Shown piece by piece: positions 60,108-64,000 of a stretch of 64,000 nt of DNA; position 1 is the first letter of the stretch; every line of letters starts with the position of its first letter. Location of the stretch: NCBI GenBank assembly GCA_964629785.1, contig CAZVRU010000002.1, positions 34,861-98,860 on the forward strand. The letters run 5' to 3'. Below the pieces are notes generated by a model that was given only the letters and a program-made list of their open reading frames with translations, was not told where the DNA came from and did not search any database. A program made the position numbers and the translations under genes. This stretch comes from an uncultured Planctomycetia bacterium. GTDB lineage: Bacteria; Omnitrophota; Gorgyraeia; Duberdicusellales; 4484-171.

Positions 60108-60620
60108 ATGAACCTTTCCGAAAGAATAAGGGCGATACCCGATTTCCCCCATAAAGGCATATTATTCCGTGATATTACCACCCTGCTTAACGATAAAAAA
60201 GCTTTTCACGCTGCCGTGGATGCTTTGGCCGGTCTGGTAAAGGGGAAAAAGATCGATTATCTGGTCTGTGCCGAGGCCAGGGGATTTATTTTCGGCGGGG
60301 CCCTGGCTTACAAACTGAAATGCGGTTTTGTACCGGTACGCAAGCCCGGAAAACTTCCGGCCCGGATCTTTCGGCACACCTATTCGCTGGAATACGGAAA
60401 AGATTCCCTGGAAATGCATCGCGATGCTTTCCCTGAAGGAGCCTCGGTATTGATCCTTGACGATCTTCTGGCTACCGGCGGTACTGCCGCAGCCCTGGTC
60501 AAGCTGGCTGGTAAACTCCAGGCCAGGATTGCCGGAATCGTCTTTTTGATCGAATTAGCCGGTCTCAAGGGCAGAAAAAAATTCAAAGGCTATCCGGTCT
60601 ATTCGCTTATCAAATATTGA
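60108..60620 (+). CDS. apt: Adenine phosphoribosyltransferase
   Basis: It has 'IPDFPHKGILFRDIT' and a PRPP-binding 'VLILDDLLATGGTA' motif. Confidence 0.93.
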   Translation: MNLSERIRAIPDFPHKGILFRDITTLLNDKKAFHAAVDALAGLVKGKKIDYLVCAEARGFIFGGALAYKLKCGFVPVRKPGKLPARIFRHTYSLEYGKDSLEMHRDAFPEGASVLILDDLLATGGTAAALVKLAGKLQARIAGIVFLIELAGLKGRKKFKGYPVYSLIKY

Positions 60621-60644
60621 ATTTTTTCTCAATCGTATTTTAAA

Positions 60645-60717
60645 GCGCCCATAGCTCAGCAGGACAGAGCGCTGGCCTCCTAAGCCGGAAATGGCCGTTC
60701 GAGTCGGCCTGGGCGCA
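60645..60717 (+). tRNA. tRNA-Arg (anticodon CCU), CCA not encoded
   Basis: A manual cloverleaf gives a 7-bp acceptor stem GCGCCCA/UGGGCGC, a D-stem GCUC/GAGC, and an anticodon stem CUGGC/GCCGG with one G-U pair. The anticodon loop is cUCCUaa (U33, CCU, A37), and the T-arm is GGCCG-UUCGAGU-CGGCC. The discriminator is A, followed by UAU. Confidence 0.8.
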
Positions 60718-60719
60718 TA

Positions 60720-60840
60720 TATCAGCTCTTAGCTCATGGCTCATAGCTCATAATCAAAAGTTATGCGTTATACGTTATAAGTTATGAGTTAAAATCCGGG
60801 AAATCCGCACTGATAACTGATAACTGATAACTTGTAACTC
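60720..60840. repeat. Three consecutive degenerate word arrays (AGCTCAT x4; GTTAT x5; ATAACTG x3), the last two forming an inverted pair
   Basis: The three arrays read agctcttagctcatggctcatagctcat, aagttatgcgttatacgttataagttatgagtt and tgataactgataactgataacttgtaact. A 20 nt spacer separates the last two. They lie immediately 3' of tRNA-Arg. Confidence 0.6.
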
Positions 60841-60985
60841 CGCGATAGCGGTGGGGGACTGTCCCGGACAGGCCGGGAAAAACCCTGATTTGTCGCAAAA
60901 TACGGCCTTTTTAAGGGGAGTCACTACATTTTGGGCTTATATTTTTCGGAATGCCCATATATGGGCAGTCTTTGTCAAAAAAGTG

Positions 60986-61015
60986 TTGACAATAAAGGAG
61001 TTATTTGATTAAATT
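60986..61015 (+). promoter_or_regulatory. Sigma-70-type promoter for the major OMP gene (TTGACA, 17-18 nt spacer, TTAAAT/TAAATT)
   Basis: A perfect -35 hexamer TTGACA is followed by an A/T-rich -10. A ~230 nt leader precedes the ATG at 61247. Coordinates are approximate. Confidence 0.55.
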
Positions 61016-61246
61016 GTAGTAAGCTCTTTGAAAAAAGTTTGTTTTCCAATGACCAAAATTGCCAGTTATACCATTCACAGACAGTCTCAATCTTGGAAAG
61101 AAAGGGGGTGAGGATAACAGACATTTCCATAAATTGGTTCAGAGATTGTCCCCAAAAGTGAATGATATAACCATAGATGGTTGATATGTGCAAGGAATGC
61201 TAACCTTGTTCCTGATAAATAGAACTCTCTGAAAGGAGGCTTTACA

Positions 61247-62485
61247 ATGAGAAAGCTTATTGCTTTAATTGCGATTTTCGCGCTGACTGCCACAGCGGCA
61301 TTTGCTGCGGTGGAAAATATCAAAGTCAGCGGTGATTACACTGCTTTGGGCGTAAGCCGGGATTATACTCTCGGTGTCAATACCAGCACTGATGAAGTCA
61401 GCGCTCTGGCCAGCGTTACCAATCTGCGTTTCGACGCTGATCTGACCGAAGACGTGATGTTCACTGCCGTGCTCACTGATGAAAGAGCATGGGGATCAGA
61501 TGCTGCTGATCAGTTGTACACATCACAGGCCTATGCTACTTTGAAAGATTTCCTGAGCTATCCGGTGACCTTGAAGATCGGTGTACAGCCGGTTTTTCTG
61601 GGCAGCGGTCTTGTCGTTGCCGATCCTGATACCAACCGTGAAGGCGGCGGCGCATTGACCGGTGTACTGGGAGATCTCAGCCCGAGAAAATCATTCGCGG
61701 GTATGCTTGCTGTTGTCGACCTCGATCCGGCAATGCTCACTCTGGGATGGATCAAGGAAGATGAAAGTACGCTCAATATGGACGATGACGTGAATGCCTA
61801 TATAGTCAATCTCGGCTATAATTTCGAAGATTACAACACTATGGCCGAAGTCTACGGCGTATGGGCGGACGAAGAAGGCAACGGAACCGAGGCCAGAGAA
61901 CGCGTTGATGTGTATGGTTTGAGAAGCGTATCTACGCTGCTTGACAGCCTGACACTCAGCGGTGAATTCGCCTATCAGGTCAAGAAAGATTTCCGCGGCG
62001 ACAATACTGATGCTTCGGACAGAGCTTTCCGTCTGGCTGCTGATTACGCGTTTCTTGACGCGGATTACGCGCCGACAATCGGCTTTGACTATGTAAATCT
62101 TTCTGAGAACTGGAGCCCGATGTATGAAGGCTGGACACCGGCAAATATTGCCAATAAGCTGTTCACCAATTCCAATGTGGAATTGTATGGCCTGACTTTT
62201 ACAGCCGAGCCCAGAGAAGATATGTCTGCCAGTCTGCGCTATGCCTATCTGAAGGCAGCCAGCAAGCCTGGTGTGACTGCTTATCAGTCGGATTATGCCA
62301 CTTATGTGGTAAAAGCCGATGAAGATGATCTGGGATCAGAACTTGATTTTGCGTTGACCTATGACTACACAGAAGATGTGCAGTTCGGGTTCAACTTCGA
62401 TTATTTCATGCCCGGCGACTGGTTTGATGGCGTCAATGACGATGAAGCCTATCAGGCCCTCGGTTCCATGAAAGTATCGTTCTAA
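61247..62485 (+). CDS. Acidic outer-membrane beta-barrel protein (putative major porin)
   Basis: It has a signal peptide 'LTATAAFA|AVE', alternating amphipathic beta-strand patterning and a C-terminal aromatic '...SMKVSF'. It is Asp-rich. It has its own strong promoter, a long leader and an intrinsic terminator. Confidence 0.7.
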   Translation: MRKLIALIAIFALTATAAFAAVENIKVSGDYTALGVSRDYTLGVNTSTDEVSALASVTNLRFDADLTEDVMFTAVLTDERAWGSDAADQLYTSQAYATLKDFLSYPVTLKIGVQPVFLGSGLVVADPDTNREGGGALTGVLGDLSPRKSFAGMLAVVDLDPAMLTLGWIKEDESTLNMDDDVNAYIVNLGYNFEDYNTMAEVYGVWADEEGNGTEARERVDVYGLRSVSTLLDSLTLSGEFAYQVKKDFRGDNTDASDRAFRLAADYAFLDADYAPTIGFDYVNLSENWSPMYEGWTPANIANKLFTNSNVELYGLTFTAEPREDMSASLRYAYLKAASKPGVTAYQSDYATYVVKADEDDLGSELDFALTYDYTEDVQFGFNFDYFMPGDWFDGVNDDEAYQALGSMKVSF

Positions 62486-62499
62486 CAGTTTCGCTATTT

Positions 62500-62535
62500 A
62501 AAACCCCCGGGGATTTTCCCCGGGGGTTTTTTTTT
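62500..62535 (+). terminator. Rho-independent terminator (13-bp GC-rich stem AAAACCCCCGGGG / CCCCGGGGGTTTT plus U9 tract)
   Basis: A perfect inverted repeat with a 5-nt loop is followed by nine T. It lies 15 nt after the OMP stop codon. Confidence 0.9.
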
Positions 62536-62604
62536 ACCTGGGACTGCGGCTTGCTATCCGGAAAAAATACGCTATAATATAGTTCTGATCTTAGCAAGAA
62601 AAGC

Positions 62605-62970
62605 ATGGCAGCGACAATCGCAGAGGAGGAGAATATGTCTGAAGACAGGAAGCTGAATGAGCAGGAAATAAGGGAGGGGGCAGGCCTGGCCGCGCTTTCT
62701 TATGTGTTTTTTTTATGGGTCCTGGCCTTTTTATTCAGGAAAGACAATAAATTTTCTCATTTCCATGCTAAACAGGGGCTGGTACTTTTTATTTTCGAGG
62801 TGATAGTGTTTTTCTTTTTGTCATTTATTCCTTTTTTCGGCGCCCTGGTCCGTGTTCTCGGGCTGATCGTATTTCCGCTTTGCGCGTTTTACGGGATCTA
62901 TGCCGCGTTGACCGGCAGGATGGCTGAAATACCGGTAATAGCTGATCTGGCAAAGAAATTGGTGGTGTAA
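62605..62970 (+). CDS. DUF4870-family small membrane protein
   Basis: It has two to three TM helices with a conserved 'LSY...HAKQG' pattern. The true start may be the internal 'MSEDRK'. Confidence 0.6.
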   Translation: MAATIAEEENMSEDRKLNEQEIREGAGLAALSYVFFLWVLAFLFRKDNKFSHFHAKQGLVLFIFEVIVFFFLSFIPFFGALVRVLGLIVFPLCAFYGIYAALTGRMAEIPVIADLAKKLVV

Positions 62971-62971
62971 A

Positions 62972-63628
62972 ATGGCCAAAATATTTCAAAATGATTTTCG
63001 CAAACAGGACACCTGGCGGGTATTCCGGATCATGAGCGAGTTTGTGGAAGGATTCGAAGGACTTTCCCACGTTAAAAAAGGGATAGCTATTTTCGGTTCC
63101 CGGCGCACCCCGGAAAAACATCCCTACTACCAAAAAGCTTTTAAGACCGCCCAATTGCTGTCAAAGAACGGTTACAGTATAATTACCGGCGCCGGTCCGG
63201 GCATCATGGAAGCTGCCAATCGCGGGGCACATTCAGTGGGTAAGAAGGCCTCCATAGGTCTGAATATCCTGCTTCCCGAAGCGCAAAATCCCAATTGCTA
63301 TATCGACGAACTGCTTGAATTCCGTTATTTTTTCGTGCGTAAAGTCATGTTCGCCAAATATTCCAGGGCCTTTGTAGTTTTTCCCGGAGGCTTCGGCACG
63401 CTTGACGAATTGTTCGAAGGTCTGGCTTTGGCCCAGACCGATAAAGTGCAGCCTTTTCCCATTATCCTGGTCGGTAAGAAATTCTGGAAAGGGGTTATTG
63501 ACTGGTGCAAAACCACGCTGGTCGATGAAAAAGCCCTTCTCGGCGCGGATATGAAACTGTTCAAGCTGGTCGACACTCCCCAGGAAGTCGTGACCCAGAT
63601 AAAAAAATTCTATTCCCGGAAAAGATGA
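62972..63628 (+). CDS. LOG-family protein (cytokinin riboside 5'-monophosphate phosphoribohydrolase-like, TIGR00730)
   Basis: LOG similarity ('IFGSRRT', 'IITGAGPGIMEAANRGA', 'VVFPGGFGTLDELFE'). Confidence 0.85.
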   Translation: MAKIFQNDFRKQDTWRVFRIMSEFVEGFEGLSHVKKGIAIFGSRRTPEKHPYYQKAFKTAQLLSKNGYSIITGAGPGIMEAANRGAHSVGKKASIGLNILLPEAQNPNCYIDELLEFRYFFVRKVMFAKYSRAFVVFPGGFGTLDELFEGLALAQTDKVQPFPIILVGKKFWKGVIDWCKTTLVDEKALLGADMKLFKLVDTPQEVVTQIKKFYSRKR

Positions 63629-63924
63629 GCAATTTTGTCCGTATCTGGCAGGAAGTAAAGGTAAACGATATTGAGCAGCATCTCCTGGTGATCGGAGAAC
63701 TGTCGGCAGAATGCTATAACTGTCACAATTTAGGTCTGCCGGTATCGGCAACTGCCTGTCCCCAATGCCAGGCCCGCTTCAAATACCTGGGATTCCGCAG
63801 GACTGTCGATATTCAGGCCGTGAAAAGGTTTAAAGATATGCATCCTTCCCTGATCATGATCGATTTTCAGGATTTTAAAAAACTCGTCTCCAAAAGCGAC
63901 GCCCGCAAACTGCTCGACCTCTGA
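63625..63924 (+). CDS. Hypothetical zinc-ribbon protein
   Basis: It has a C-x2-C...C-x2-C motif ('CYNCHNLG...CPQCQ'). Its start overlaps the LOG gene stop by 4 nt. Confidence 0.45.
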   Translation: MSNFVRIWQEVKVNDIEQHLLVIGELSAECYNCHNLGLPVSATACPQCQARFKYLGFRRTVDIQAVKRFKDMHPSLIMIDFQDFKKLVSKSDARKLLDL

Positions 63925-64000
63925 TTGGCTAACCGCCAAAGTTATAAGTTACACGTTACAAGTTATGAGTTGATGAATGCAAAATTCGTCCCGGCAACTC

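Noticed and set aside
58376-60181. 601 aa ORF on the minus strand spanning the 3' end of ppdK, the ppdK-sigma junction and the start of apt
   Set aside because: It is antisense to three unambiguous, strongly conserved genes. Its translation is F/L/R-rich low-complexity sequence with no recognisable motif. Long antisense ORFs are an expected artefact of codon bias. The same applies to the 364 aa ORF at 11550-12644, the 351 aa ORF at 25129-26184, the 281 aa ORF at 36156-37001, and all other minus-strand ORFs in the track.
60720-60840. Possible CRISPR array, given the repeated short units in spacers after the tRNA and elsewhere
   Set aside because: The units are 5-7 nt degenerate words with no constant 24-47 nt repeat or unique spacer structure, and there are no cas genes. 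This is low-complexity word repetition, not CRISPR.

Overview
This 64 kb window is a densely packed chromosomal segment of a diderm bacterium. It has an outer-membrane beta-barrel protein, Lpt genes, and type IV pilus/T2SS-like genes. I recognise about 56 protein genes and one tRNA-Arg(CCU), and all of them lie on the + strand. The content is mostly core housekeeping, in this order: pilC-pilMN-pilO, a ComFB-CheR fusion, lptA-like/lptB, tig-clpP, serC-serA, purA-hppA, the long uppS-cdsA-dxr-rseP-ispG-proS-rimP-nusA-infB operon, trpS, scpA, ruvB, tgt, trmD-rplS-rnhB-yraN, FchA-like/folD, guaB-like/guaA, dnaE, HU, hisS, aspS, phoH-HD-ybeY, recO-queF, polX, apbE, panB, glyQS, ppdK, a sigma factor, apt, tRNA-Arg, a major OMP and a LOG-family gene. 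No CRISPR array, transposase or integrase is visible. The most unusual signal is non-coding: at least six operon-boundary spacers are built from short degenerate word arrays (5-7 nt units), often as inverted arms around a 20-70 bp spacer. These spacers share exact 12-14 nt modules with each other, which points to a mosaic dispersed repeat or regulatory-element family. Secondary points are the ComFB-CheR fusion beside the pilus genes, a PilM-PilN (GspL-like) fusion, domain-minimised Tig, ProRS, AspRS and IMPDH, and a lysine-rich tail on PPDK. Coordinates of non-coding features are approximate (+/- 2 nt). CDS coordinates follow the supplied ORF track with start codons re-chosen where homology indicates an internal start.
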